In this document: one piece after another, positions 18,778 through 28,375 of the stretch
How the letters are laid out: each line of letters begins with the position of its first letter
Numbering within the stretch: the first letter of the stretch is position 1
The notes under the pieces: model-generated
What the model was told of the DNA's origin: nothing
Database searches by the model: none
Seen by the model: only the letters and a program-made list of their open reading frames with translations
Translations under genes and position numbers: made by a program
Assembly: GCA_033763455.1 (NCBI GenBank)
Contig: JANRKO010000060.1
Location: 32,001 to 96,000 of the forward strand
Length of the DNA stretch: 64,000 nucleotides
Direction: 5' to 3'
Source of the DNA: Polyangiaceae bacterium
Lineage (GTDB): Bacteria > Myxococcota_A > Polyangia > Polyangiales > Polyangiaceae

Positions 18778-20799
18778 GTGAACAATGCCCACGGCCCATG
18801 CCACGGTAGTGGGCAGCGAGGGGGGGCACCGCTCCGGGGCTTGGTGGTAATTGGCGTTGTTATTGCGTCAATAATCTGCCCGTACTCCGTACAGGCTAAG
18901 CCTTCGGGAGCGTACATTTCGGCGCTTGTCGCCGAGGCTCGTCGGCGACGGCTCGCATTCGAGGTCGAGTGGTTGCGCTTGGGCCACTATCGGAGCGGTA
19001 CCTTCGGGGGCTACGAGAGTGAGGCGGACGGCGTGGGCTTCTTCTTGGCTCCGAACGGAAAAGAGGATCCGGAAGCTGAGCTTGAGGCAACCTTGCGTGG
19101 GTTTGTTCAAGGCGACGCTCCCACACCCGATGAGAGAGCAACAGGTTCAGCAGCTTCAGCCACTGGCCCTTCGTTGGAGCACCCTTTCTGCCGATTCCCT
19201 GCGAGGCGCCTTTGGCTCACTCGGGAATTACAGATCGATTGGCGCAGGCTAACGTCGCGTGGTTGTCCGAAGTTTGATGCGTTTTTGCGCGAAACAAGGC
19301 CTGCTTCCGTCACTCTCGTGTTCTCTTCGTACTATCTGAATAACCCAGCGTCCGCGTTTGGGCATACGTTTCTGCGCATTAAGAAGAGCAATAGCCTGGG
19401 GCTCGAACACCAAGATCTTCTGGACTACGGCGTGGACTACTCCGCCAACGTCGACACTAAAAACCCCTTACTCTATGCGTTCAAAGGCATTACCGGGATG
19501 TTCCCCGGAACCTTTCGGCGCCTGCCTTTTTACTACAAAGTCCGTGAATACAACGACTACGAATCGCGCGATATCTGGGAATATGAGCTCAACTTAAAGC
19601 CCATAGAGCTCGCGCTAATGGTGGCTCACATCTGGGAAGTAGGCTCCACTTACTTTGACTACTACTACATGGGTGAGAATTGCTCTTACCACGTGCTCAG
19701 CGTGCTTGAGGTAGCCAACCCCGAGGTACAGCTGCTCACGCATTTGGGCTGGCCTGTTTTGCCGGCGGATACGGTAAAGGCACTCTACAAAAACCCTGGA
19801 TTGGTCCGGAGGGTCAGCTATCGGCCTTCCAATCGCACAGCATTCGAGCACCGCGTACGGAGGCTTTCGTCGACCGAGCGCGAGCTTGTGTTAACCCTCG
19901 CGAGCGATCCACACGCCGAATTTCCGCCTGGGCTTTCAGAACAGGAGAAGGCACGCGCCCTTGATGGAGCGCTGGATTTGATAGACTACCGCCATGTCCG
20001 GGAGCTACTGAAGGATGAAGAAGGGGGCTCTTTGGAGAGCCTCACTCAGCAAGCCTTGCTCGAACGGCGTGCAGAGCTTTTGGTAACGAGCGAAGATGCC
20101 TCGGTCGAGCCTCCGTACCGAGAGATGCCGCACACGGGGCATGATACGGCTCGCCTTGGCTTGGGGTCAGGGTGGTCCGAATCCGATGGAGCCGTTCACA
20201 GCTTGAATTTGCGCTTGGCCCTGCACGATTTGGCGGATCCGGTGCGCGGCTACCCGGAAACGGCACAGATAGAATTTTTGCCGATGGAGCTCTGGTATCG
20301 CGCTGAGCACCCTCAGCTGAAGCTTGAGGAGCTAACGTTGGTTCGCATTTTCTCGCTCAATCCAATTTCTGCGTTCGAGCACCGTTGGTCGTGGACCGTG
20401 CGAACGGGCCTCGGGCGCATACGCGACAAAGGGTGCATGGATTGCCTTGTGGGCGGCGGAGAATTGGGAGCCGGCTACACCTTTTCGCTTTGGGATAAGG
20501 CACTGATGTTCTGGTTGATGCCCCACGCCGAGCTAGATGTGCCTCTAAAGTCTGGTCTCGCGGATACCCTTCGTGTGGGGCTTGGAGGCGTGGGTGGCGT
20601 GCGCCTGCGGCTTCACGACAATTTGATTGGGTTAGCTTCGGCGAAGTGGCACGCGCTCCCGGGGCAGGAGCCAGCCACTGTTTGGGAGGGCTCAGGTACT
20701 CTGCGCTTTCAATACGCGAAAGACTTTGCCTTCGAAGCGGCAGGTAAGCTGGGCCCCGACGATGCTTCGCTTCTGGGGCGTTCGTTGATCTACTTTTAG
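18778..20799 (+). CDS. DUF4105 (Lnb N-terminal-like) domain protein with a probable C-terminal outer-membrane beta-barrel
   Basis: WLRLGHY, FFLAPNGKEDPEAELEATL, CRFPAR, NNPASAFGHTFLRI, Y..YESRDIWEYEL, FDYYYMGENCSY; amphipathic beta-strands at the C-terminus ending in ..SLIYF. Confidence 0.85.
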   Translation: MNNAHGPCHGSGQRGGAPLRGLVVIGVVIASIICPYSVQAKPSGAYISALVAEARRRRLAFEVEWLRLGHYRSGTFGGYESEADGVGFFLAPNGKEDPEAELEATLRGFVQGDAPTPDERATGSAASATGPSLEHPFCRFPARRLWLTRELQIDWRRLTSRGCPKFDAFLRETRPASVTLVFSSYYLNNPASAFGHTFLRIKKSNSLGLEHQDLLDYGVDYSANVDTKNPLLYAFKGITGMFPGTFRRLPFYYKVREYNDYESRDIWEYELNLKPIELALMVAHIWEVGSTYFDYYYMGENCSYHVLSVLEVANPEVQLLTHLGWPVLPADTVKALYKNPGLVRRVSYRPSNRTAFEHRVRRLSSTERELVLTLASDPHAEFPPGLSEQEKARALDGALDLIDYRHVRELLKDEEGGSLESLTQQALLERRAELLVTSEDASVEPPYREMPHTGHDTARLGLGSGWSESDGAVHSLNLRLALHDLADPVRGYPETAQIEFLPMELWYRAEHPQLKLEELTLVRIFSLNPISAFEHRWSWTVRTGLGRIRDKGCMDCLVGGGELGAGYTFSLWDKALMFWLMPHAELDVPLKSGLADTLRVGLGGVGGVRLRLHDNLIGLASAKWHALPGQEPATVWEGSGTLRFQYAKDFAFEAAGKLGPDDASLLGRSLIYF

Positions 20800-20802
20800 C
20801 CG

Positions 20803-20842
20803 CACAAGCTTACCCAGCGCGAAAGGCGAGCGTTAGCTTGTG
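20803..20842. terminator. Hairpin between convergent genes, possibly a bidirectional terminator
   Basis: cacaagct (20803-20810) pairs with agcttgtg (20835-20842), with an inner cgc/gcg stem; no clear U-tract. Confidence 0.35.
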
Positions 20843-20850
20843 TGCACGAT

Positions 20851-22338
20851 TCAGTTGGGGCGCCAGCGGAGTTGGGGCTTGCGAGCGGCTTGGGCCTCGT
20901 CGAGGCGACCGAGGCGCGTGAGGTGCGGCGCGGATTTCACCGTTTCCGGATCCTTTAGGCACTCCTCTTTGATGGCTAACATGGCATCCACGAAGGCATC
21001 GAGCGTTTGCTTGGTTTCGGTTTCCGTGGGCTCCACCATCAGCGCTCCCCGCACCACGAGTGGGAAATAAACGGTGGGCGGATGGATCCCGAAGTCGATG
21101 AGGCGTTTGGCCACATCGAGCGTTTTGACGCCGGTTGTGGCTTCCAAATCGCGATCGGTGAACACCACTTCGTGGAGAGAAGGCGTTGGAAAGGCGATCG
21201 CAAAATCATCCTTGAGCCGTGCGGCGATGTAGTTGGCATTGAGCACGGCAAGCTCGCTCACACGCTTAAGGCCTTCTGGGCCGAGCTCACGAATGTAGGT
21301 ATACGCTCGCACCATCATGCCAAAGTTGCCCAGGAACGAACGCACGCGGCCGATGCTGTGGGGGCGATTGTTGTCCACCAGAAAAGAATCACCTTCGCGC
21401 CGCACGACGGGGCTCGGCTGATAGGCATCTAGCAACTTCTTGAACGCTACCGGGCCCGAACCAGGGCCACCGCCACCGTGAGGGGTGGTGAACGTTTTAT
21501 GCAGATTGAACTGCATGACATCGACGCCCACGTCGCCTGGGCGGGCGCGGCCGAGCACCGCGTTCATGTTGGCTCCGTCCCCATAGACCAGCCCGCCACG
21601 TGCGTGCACAGCTTCCGCGAGCCTGGATATGGCGCCTTCGAACAGACCGAGCGTGTTCGGGTTAGTGAGCATCAAGCCAGCGACATCATCGGGAGCCTGT
21701 TCAAGCGCTCGAAGCAGCGTTTCCGGCTCTACAATGCCGGCGCTGCCTGCTGGGAATGCCACCGCTTCAAAACCGTTGAGCGCGCAGCTCGCGGGGTTGG
21801 TGCCATGAGCGCTATCGGGCACGAAGATCTTACGCGGCGACCGCCCCTTTGAGCGGTGATGCGCTTGGATCATCATCAGCCCGGTGAGCTCACCTTGGGC
21901 GCCGGCTGCCGGCTGAAGATTCACGGCATCCATCCCGACAATTTCTGCCAGTAGCTCCGCTAAGCGCACCATGAGTTCAAGGGCACCTTGCGCCAAATGA
22001 GGCGGCGTGAGCGGATGTAGATCGGCAAAGCCCGGCAGGCGCGCCGCCCATTCGTTCACTTTCGGGTTGTGCTTCATGGTGCACGACCCAAGGGGGTAGA
22101 ATTGAGTATCGATGCTGAAGTTCCAGCGGCTCAGGCGCACGAAGTGACGAAACGCTTCAGGCTCGCTCACCTCAGGCAACCCAGCGGGGACAGCTCGCTT
22201 CAGTTTACCGAAGACGGCAGCGGAACTTACCTCTGGAACGTCCAGCGCTCCGACTGATTTCCCGCTGCGCCCGGGGGATCCCCGGTCAAAAATGGGGGGT
22301 TCGTCGAACTCCAAACCGCGACTTATTTCACCTGGCAC
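20851..22338 (-). CDS. gcvPB: Glycine dehydrogenase (decarboxylating) P-protein subunit 2
   Basis: LPEVSE..RHFVRLS..FYPLGSCTMKHNPK; QPAAGAQGE; PDSAHGTNPAS; TNPNTLGLFE; PLP-Lys motif NLHKTFTTPHGGGGPG; HPPTVYFPL; EPTETE. Confidence 0.97.
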   Translation of the reverse strand: MPGEISRGLEFDEPPIFDRGSPGRSGKSVGALDVPEVSSAAVFGKLKRAVPAGLPEVSEPEAFRHFVRLSRWNFSIDTQFYPLGSCTMKHNPKVNEWAARLPGFADLHPLTPPHLAQGALELMVRLAELLAEIVGMDAVNLQPAAGAQGELTGLMMIQAHHRSKGRSPRKIFVPDSAHGTNPASCALNGFEAVAFPAGSAGIVEPETLLRALEQAPDDVAGLMLTNPNTLGLFEGAISRLAEAVHARGGLVYGDGANMNAVLGRARPGDVGVDVMQFNLHKTFTTPHGGGGPGSGPVAFKKLLDAYQPSPVVRREGDSFLVDNNRPHSIGRVRSFLGNFGMMVRAYTYIRELGPEGLKRVSELAVLNANYIAARLKDDFAIAFPTPSLHEVVFTDRDLEATTGVKTLDVAKRLIDFGIHPPTVYFPLVVRGALMVEPTETETKQTLDAFVDAMLAIKEECLKDPETVKSAPHLTRLGRLDEAQAARKPQLRWRPN

Positions 22339-22412
22339 TTTGCATGGATCCTATCGATTTAAAGACGGTTTCTAGCGCACGCTCGGTTAGCGCGCTCGTG
22401 GAATCAAAGGAG

Positions 22413-23021
22413 TTACTCGGAGTCCGTAGTGGAGTCACCCGAATCTTCCGATTTCTCGTCGTCTCCCTCGCCGCCACCCGGGGTGCCACTCCCGTCGTCC
22501 CAACCGCCAGCACTGGTGCGGCTCTCAATTTCATCGGGGCGCACTTCCTTGAGATTCGGCACTAAATTGCGTTGTTTGACCGCATCCCAGGTGCTGCCTG
22601 CTTCATCTTCGTCCAGGCCCCATTGGCCGCGGAGCTCGTGGGCTTCGCCCTTCTTGATCTCGAGGTACTGAAAGTACCCTTTGCCTTTGCGAGTGGCTGA
22701 GGGACCAATCATGCCGATGGTGTGTTCGGTCCACTCGTAGCGGAGCAGGTTCCCTTCGATCCTGCCGTGGAGCTCGCCCCACTTATCGCCTGCGGTGGTG
22801 CGCCAAGCGCCGCTGGCATTATCACCCTCGGCGATGAGATGCAGGTTGCCGTAGGTCGTTGAGTAGTAGACGCCCGTCCAATCTCCACCTTCAGGCATAG
22901 GCCCGGGCGCTACCGTTGCGGTCTTGGGGCCCGATTGGCCAGCACAGGCGGCTGGAAGGATCGCAAGGGCGGAAAGGAGTAGAACGGAAAGTAGACGCGT
23001 GATGAGGGTGCTGGGCGACAT
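22413..23021 (-). CDS. Hypothetical lipoprotein with an acidic low-complexity tail
   Basis: Lipobox-like PAAC; beta-rich core (WTGVYYSTTYG..GELHG..LRYEWTE..GKGYF..LRGQWG). Start at ATG 23021, supported by an extended -10 TGTTATGGT 7 nt upstream. Confidence 0.8.
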   Translation of the reverse strand: MSPSTLITRLLSVLLLSALAILPAACAGQSGPKTATVAPGPMPEGGDWTGVYYSTTYGNLHLIAEGDNASGAWRTTAGDKWGELHGRIEGNLLRYEWTEHTIGMIGPSATRKGKGYFQYLEIKKGEAHELRGQWGLDEDEAGSTWDAVKQRNLVPNLKEVRPDEIESRTSAGGWDDGSGTPGGGEGDDEKSEDSGDSTTDSE

Positions 23022-23178
23022 GGCGCGGACCATAACACGGCTCTTGGCAGGAGATAGCCCAACGTTTTGCAGCCGCTGGCTTTTGCGGCGGGCCGGCCCA
23101 GAGGGATGCTAGAAGCCGCGAAACCAGTGAGCGCGCGGGTGCGGCCCCTGGAAAAATTCACCCAATGTGGGGCTGAGG

Positions 23179-24075
23179 CTATGCGTCGCGGAGCAGGCGA
23201 CCGAGCTCTTGCCCTGCCTCATGCGCGGCCTCGACGGAGTTTGGCCAAGGCACGGTGAGTTCGCGCCGTCGACCTCGAGTGCAGTCTTCTTCGGAGAGAA
23301 ACCCACGGACAAAGAGCTGTGCTCCTCGTTTTTGCCCGTAGGCGGCCACGGGAGTTTTGCAGTCGCCCGAGACGTACGCCATCACACCGCGTTCGGCAGC
23401 CGTGCACAACCAAGTCTCGGTGTGCTGGGTGGCAGCGAGCAAATCACGTAGGCGAGAGTCGTCAGCTCGACACTCAATCGCTAGGGCGCCTTGACCAATC
23501 GCCGGGATGAACAAATCGGAATCCAAGACCTCGGTGGTGAGCTCACCACGGCCGAGACGATTGAGGCCAGCCTGGGCCAAGAGCACGGCATCTACGGTTC
23601 CAGATTCACACTTCTTAATGCGGGTATCGACGTTACCACGAAGTGGCACCACTTCGAGCTCTGGAAATAGGCTGAGAAGTTGTGCTTTTCTGCGCAACGA
23701 GGAACTGCCCACCACACTCTTAGGCGGCAACTCTCGGAGTGGACGACCCGTGCGCGTGATGACGGCGTCCCGCGGATCTTCGCGCTCGGGAACACTGGCG
23801 ATTACAAGCCCAGAAAGAAGCTCGGCCGGCAGATCTTTCATCGAATGAACGGCGACATCCGCAGAACCATCTAAGATGGCTTGCTCGATTTCCTTCACGA
23901 ACAGCCCCTTGCCCCCCACTTCACTGAGCGAGCGATCTTGAATGCGATCGCCCTCGGTGGTGACGTGCAATTCTGCGACAGTAAGCCCGGGGTGAAGCGC
24001 TTCGAGCCCGCGGATCCAGGCCCGGCATTGGGCCAAGGCTAGTGCACTCTTTCGGGTGGCGACGGTGATCTTCAT
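23179..24075 (-). CDS. hemC: Hydroxymethylbilane synthase (porphobilinogen deaminase)
   Basis: ATRKSALALAQ, GGKGLFVKEIE, AVHSMKDLP, REDPRD, GSSSLRR, LRGNVDTR, GDCKTPV (cofactor Cys); ATGA overlap with hemA. Confidence 0.97.
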   Translation of the reverse strand: MKITVATRKSALALAQCRAWIRGLEALHPGLTVAELHVTTEGDRIQDRSLSEVGGKGLFVKEIEQAILDGSADVAVHSMKDLPAELLSGLVIASVPEREDPRDAVITRTGRPLRELPPKSVVGSSSLRRKAQLLSLFPELEVVPLRGNVDTRIKKCESGTVDAVLLAQAGLNRLGRGELTTEVLDSDLFIPAIGQGALAIECRADDSRLRDLLAATQHTETWLCTAAERGVMAYVSGDCKTPVAAYGQKRGAQLFVRGFLSEEDCTRGRRRELTVPWPNSVEAAHEAGQELGRLLRDA

Positions 24076-25451
24076 TTCTCTCCGGTGCTCGGGTGAGCTG
24101 ATGGCTGAGCTTTGGGGGGAGTGTGGGTAGGGTTGGAATCGAGCTCGGTTGCTCGCAGGCTGGCGAGCTCGTTCTCATCATCGAGCGCAAACGCAGAGCT
24201 TACGGTGCTGAGCAAGAGCTCAAGAGGTGTCTCCTCAAGGGTTGGTTCCGAAGCTGCTTTCTTTAGGAACGTGGAGGGCGCGTGCATGAGCTTATTCAGG
24301 GAGGCTTCCAACATACGAGCCAGGGCCTCGCGTTCGGCGTTACCGAGGTGCTTTAAACGCCCGCGCAAGCTGCGATCGAGCTCACCTTCAAGAACGAGTC
24401 GGAAGCGCTCTCGGAGGGCAACAATGGTGGGGGTAACCTGCATGGTTTCCACCCAACGATCAAATTGCAGAGCCTCGTTCTGGATGATGCTTTCGGCGCG
24501 TTCCGCTTCCTGCTTACGCGCGTCGAGCGAATCAGACACAACTTTGGAAAGATCGTCGACGTTGTATAGAAACACGCCGTCGAGGTTGTTGGTTTCCGGA
24601 TCGATGTCCCGCGGTACTGCAAGATCGATCAAGAATAAGCTGCGTTCTCTGCGAAAGCGGTACGCTTCCTTGAGCATCTCCAGCGTGACCACATAGTGGG
24701 GAGCGCTGGTGCTCGTGATCACCATGTCAGCCTCCTTCAGACTGGCCAAGAGCTCTTCCCAGGCGCGCGGTTGGCCACCGACAGTTTTGGCGATCTCCGC
24801 CGCACGCTCGGTATTTCTACCTAGGACCCAGAGCCGTGCCCCCGCCGCCCCCAGGAGCTTAGCCGCGGCCTCTGCCATCTCCCCCGAACCGATAAGGAGC
24901 GCACGTTTTCCGGTCAGATCTCCGAAGATTTGTTTGGCGAGATCTACGGCAACGCTCGGCACCGATACCTGCCCTGCACCGATATTCGTTTCTGTGCGAA
25001 CACGCTTGGCTGTTCGCAGCGCTCGTGTCACGGCGCGGTGCAGAGAGGCTCCCACCGTGCCGCACTCACGAGCATTTTCGTAGGCTTGCTTCAATTGCCC
25101 CAATATCTGCGGTTCCCCGAGCACCATGGAATCCAGGGAAGAGGCGACTCGGAACAGGTGTTGGACGGCGAGGTTGCCAGAATGCGTGTACAAGTGCGCT
25201 GCAACTTCTGGAGCACTATGAGTGAGCTGCGCTACCGCTTCTTTTGCTACCAGTGGGAGGTCCGCCTCGCGCCCTTCCTTGCCGGCGACGAAGAGCTCCA
25301 CGCGGTTACAGGTTGACAGCAATATGGCTTCACCGATGTTGCCGGTAGCGCATCCGCGCAGGAGGGCCTGGGCGCGCTCCTTATCAATCGCCAGCCGCTC
25401 ACGTACGGCAATCGGTGCCGTCTTATGCGAGAGCCCCACGACAACAATCAC
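24072..25451 (-). CDS. hemA: Glutamyl-tRNA reductase
   Basis: GLSHKTAPIAVRERLA, LSTCNRVE, HLFRVASSLDSMVLGEPQILGQ, IGSGEMAE, DLAVPRDID. GTG start at 25451 overlaps the upstream TGA (GTGA). Confidence 0.97.
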   Translation of the reverse strand: MIVVVGLSHKTAPIAVRERLAIDKERAQALLRGCATGNIGEAILLSTCNRVELFVAGKEGREADLPLVAKEAVAQLTHSAPEVAAHLYTHSGNLAVQHLFRVASSLDSMVLGEPQILGQLKQAYENARECGTVGASLHRAVTRALRTAKRVRTETNIGAGQVSVPSVAVDLAKQIFGDLTGKRALLIGSGEMAEAAAKLLGAAGARLWVLGRNTERAAEIAKTVGGQPRAWEELLASLKEADMVITSTSAPHYVVTLEMLKEAYRFRRERSLFLIDLAVPRDIDPETNNLDGVFLYNVDDLSKVVSDSLDARKQEAERAESIIQNEALQFDRWVETMQVTPTIVALRERFRLVLEGELDRSLRGRLKHLGNAEREALARMLEASLNKLMHAPSTFLKKAASEPTLEETPLELLLSTVSSAFALDDENELASLRATELDSNPTHTPPKAQPSAHPSTGEK

Positions 25452-26269
25452 AAAGAGCCACCCAGCGAAGGCCTCAAGATGTAGAGCAAGATCACGAGCA
25501 AGATGCTGGTAACGCCAGCTACCGTGCCATATGCTGCTCGCCGCCCGCTCCAACCGAGGATTGCTCGCAACAACAGCACCCCCGCAACGATGAGCCACGT
25601 GCCGTACGCAAGCCCGGCTCGAAGCAATGCCGCCCCCGAAGCATCAGCCAGGTTCCCCGCGAAAATGCCGCCACTTACCACGCCGAACGTTAGCAGTGGA
25701 AAGCCCGCCAACAACAAACGATGCGCCGTGCGATCGAGCGCGCTGAGTGGCGGCAGCCTGTTCATGAGGCTCGAAATTCGGCGCTGCTTGAGCCGGCGTT
25801 CTTCCACCAGGTAGAAGCTAGAAGCTGCACCCGCTAGGATGAAAAGAGCAACTCCGGTGAGGTTGCTCGTGACATGCAGCGCTAGCAGCACGCGCGGGAT
25901 ATCACTGCTCACCGCTTGCTTGCCAACAAACTGTGCGCTGATGAGGAATGTAAGGGCGCCGGGAGCCACTACAGCGCCCAGGGCGTTGAACTTGTAGCGG
26001 GCACGAATTGCCAGAAAAACAACAGCTGCTATCAACGCCGTGAAGCTGAGGCCAAAATGCATGGACTCCACGGGGCAGATGCGCGTGAGGAAGCTCGCGA
26101 TCACAATATGCGCTAGGTGGCTCAGAGCTCCCGCTCCCAAGAGCCAGGGTGCGAGCCGCACCAAACGTTGCGCACCATCTTTGCGCGCGAGATCGACGAA
26201 GAACAGCGTTGCCGCGGCGGAATAGCCAATGACACCGAATAAAAATGCGACCGAGGCCAACTGCTCCAT
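25448..26269 (-). CDS. Cytochrome c assembly protein (CcsA/HemX-like), multi-pass membrane protein
   Basis: About 8 TM segments; LALHV; YLVEERRLK..RLPPLSALD..AGFPLLTFGVVSG; GWSGRRAA; located directly upstream of hemA. Confidence 0.85.
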   Translation of the reverse strand: MEQLASVAFLFGVIGYSAAATLFFVDLARKDGAQRLVRLAPWLLGAGALSHLAHIVIASFLTRICPVESMHFGLSFTALIAAVVFLAIRARYKFNALGAVVAPGALTFLISAQFVGKQAVSSDIPRVLLALHVTSNLTGVALFILAGAASSFYLVEERRLKQRRISSLMNRLPPLSALDRTAHRLLLAGFPLLTFGVVSGGIFAGNLADASGAALLRAGLAYGTWLIVAGVLLLRAILGWSGRRAAYGTVAGVTSILLVILLYILRPSLGGSL

Positions 26270-26324
26270 GGGTTTGGGGTAAGCTTGTCCGCTTTGCTGG
26301 CCCTAGCAAGGGCCGTTGTTTTGC

Positions 26325-27725
26325 TCAGTAACCTTTACGCACCAAGCCGCGGTCGCCCGCAACGATTTCTTGTCGGGTTTCGAGTACGATGGCTACCGAG
26401 CTTTGCTTCTCGGTGCGGAGGATTCGGAGTTCCGCCACGGCTTCTGCCGGAAAAGTGCTTTCGTCACCGGTGGTGGGCGTATCCTCGGTGACCACGGGTT
26501 CGGGCGCTGTCATCTTCACGCGAGCGCGTCCGAATCGCGAAGTGGTGGAAAGGCTGCGCCGCCAGGTGTCACCTTTGCGCACGATGAGCACGGTGTTGCC
26601 CGCTTCAAGCCCGTCGTCGCTGCCTTTATCCAAAAACACCAACTGATATTGCCCGAGGAAAACGAGCGGATACGGGCTCGCGACGACTTGGGTCCAAAGA
26701 TCGGTGCTGTTGGGGCGCTTGGTAATCTTGTCGAGGCGTTGGTCGTTCGGTGTGACCTTCGCTCCGCGCTCAATCACGTCAGAGGATTCCGCGATAAGTG
26801 CCCGCGCTATGCGCGTTTCCGGATTGAAATGGTCCACCACCAAGGTGCCCTGAATAGCTACTACCTCTCCCGGCGGGCGCCGGGCGCCGGGTACGTCGGG
26901 CGCGCGATGTTGCTCGCGGAAAACCGTGAACTTATCGCCCACGCGCACATCTTTGCCGGCTTCTACCTGCACGTACACATGGTTCCCCTGCGACAGCAGC
27001 AGAGCATCTTCAACGGCGCCTATGATCTCGCCCCACACATCCCGCGAAGGATCCCCAATGTAGCTAAAGTCGCGGAGGAAGACCGTACTATCAGAGCCTC
27101 GGCCGGGAGCTAACGAGGCTCGGCTGCTGCCGTTGCCGGAGCCGCCCCCGATGCTCCGCGTTAACTGGGACGGAAAGCGAGCGGTGTCGAGCGCGAGGGT
27201 AGGATCGGAAATGCGCAGTTGATCGCCCGGGTAGATCCAATGAGGATTTTGCACCTGTGGGTTGAAGCTCCACACCTTGGGCCAGGACCAAGGGTTGTTG
27301 TAGTAGTGGGCGCAAAGGTCCCACAAAGTATCGCCCTTCTTTACAACGTGTAGCTCGGGCGTGCGCGAGGGGGCTTCGGTTCGCAAGATGCCAGTGGCGC
27401 CCGAAGCTCCCCGAACGACGGTGCCTTTTGAAGAACGACCCAGATCGAAGGTGTCTTTCTCTCCACCTGAGCGTGGTCGCGATGAAGATGGTAACCCCGC
27501 GTTAATATCCACGCCTGGCTGGGGAAAGCCTGGCGGCGGCACGTACGTGGAGGTGGTGGTCGTCGTGGTGGTGGTTCCAGTGGCGCCTGAGCTGGAGCTG
27601 CCGGTGTTCACGCTGCCCTCTGACGTGTTGATGGTGAGCGAATCATTGGCTTGGCCCCAGGCGGCTGGTGCGACAACGCCGGTGGCGAGTGCGGTGAGAA
27701 GGGCGAGCGATGGGTGCATTTTCAT
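26325..27725 (-). CDS. LysM peptidoglycan-binding protein, TsaP-like
   Basis: Signal peptide; LysM HVVKKGDTLWDL..NPWSWPKVWSFNPQVQNPHWIYPGDQL; C-terminal LVFLDKGSDDGLEAGN..VAELRIL..IVAGDR. Confidence 0.8.
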   Translation of the reverse strand: MKMHPSLALLTALATGVVAPAAWGQANDSLTINTSEGSVNTGSSSSGATGTTTTTTTTSTYVPPPGFPQPGVDINAGLPSSSRPRSGGEKDTFDLGRSSKGTVVRGASGATGILRTEAPSRTPELHVVKKGDTLWDLCAHYYNNPWSWPKVWSFNPQVQNPHWIYPGDQLRISDPTLALDTARFPSQLTRSIGGGSGNGSSRASLAPGRGSDSTVFLRDFSYIGDPSRDVWGEIIGAVEDALLLSQGNHVYVQVEAGKDVRVGDKFTVFREQHRAPDVPGARRPPGEVVAIQGTLVVDHFNPETRIARALIAESSDVIERGAKVTPNDQRLDKITKRPNSTDLWTQVVASPYPLVFLGQYQLVFLDKGSDDGLEAGNTVLIVRKGDTWRRSLSTTSRFGRARVKMTAPEPVVTEDTPTTGDESTFPAEAVAELRILRTEKQSSVAIVLETRQEIVAGDRGLVRKGY

Positions 27726-28168
27726 GGCGTGCCTGGGCGAGCAGCGGGGCTCTTGGGCTTGGGTTCGGTGGCCTTAAGATCGGCTCCTGTGCCACTTATC
27801 ACGAGCCGGTCGGCGGAATCTTCGGAGGTATCCACTGGAGATTGGTTTGCAGCTGGCGAAGCTGGGTCGGTAGCGGTGGCCGGCTCCGTTTCTGCTCCCG
27901 GTACCAACCGAACGACGGGCAGTCCTCGAGGACCGGTTGGGTTCGAGCGAGCGGAAGCTGAAGCTGCTTCCATGACGCTCACACGCTCTGCAAGCCGATC
28001 GCACTCCCGCTCTAGCTGGGCCACTTGCTCACGCAGCGCGCTCACCGATTTGTCCTCGCGCGCGGGACTTGCGGCACAACCCCCGGTAAAGCAGATGATG
28101 GCGCTCAGGCTGAACGCCGCCTTCAGGCGAAAGACACGCAGCCACTTCAGGACGAAGGCAGACTCCAT
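27722..28168 (-). CDS. Small lipoprotein with a coiled coil (CpoB/YbgF N-terminus-like)
   Basis: Lipobox-like TGGC; heptad stretch VSALREQVAQLERECDRLAERVSVME; LPVVRLVP; ATGA overlap with the LysM gene. Confidence 0.65.
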   Translation of the reverse strand: MESAFVLKWLRVFRLKAAFSLSAIICFTGGCAASPAREDKSVSALREQVAQLERECDRLAERVSVMEAASASARSNPTGPRGLPVVRLVPGAETEPATATDPASPAANQSPVDTSEDSADRLVISGTGADLKATEPKPKSPAARPGTP

Positions 28169-28375
28169 AGTTCCGCGATCGTAGGTAAGGGGACCCGCTG
28201 GGCCAAATCCTTAGTGCGGCTCGCGTCCTGCTTTCTTAGTTACCCGGTCGTTTCGGCTTCCCGTATAAGTGTAAATTCTCTATGGCCTCACCATCTCGGC
28301 GGCCCGGCCGGGAAAGGGGTGCAAAAGCGAAGTCGGGTGCTGGACGAGGACCCGATCGCCGAATAGCTTTGCGCG

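Noticed and set aside
23179..26269. Heme genes as a dedicated part of the DUF1592 cytochrome system
   Set aside because: ccsA-like/hemA/hemC is an ordinary housekeeping arrangement more than 10 kb away, with nothing linking it to the cluster.
26316..27113. 265-aa plus-strand ORF
   Set aside because: Antisense shadow of the LysM gene, with no motifs.
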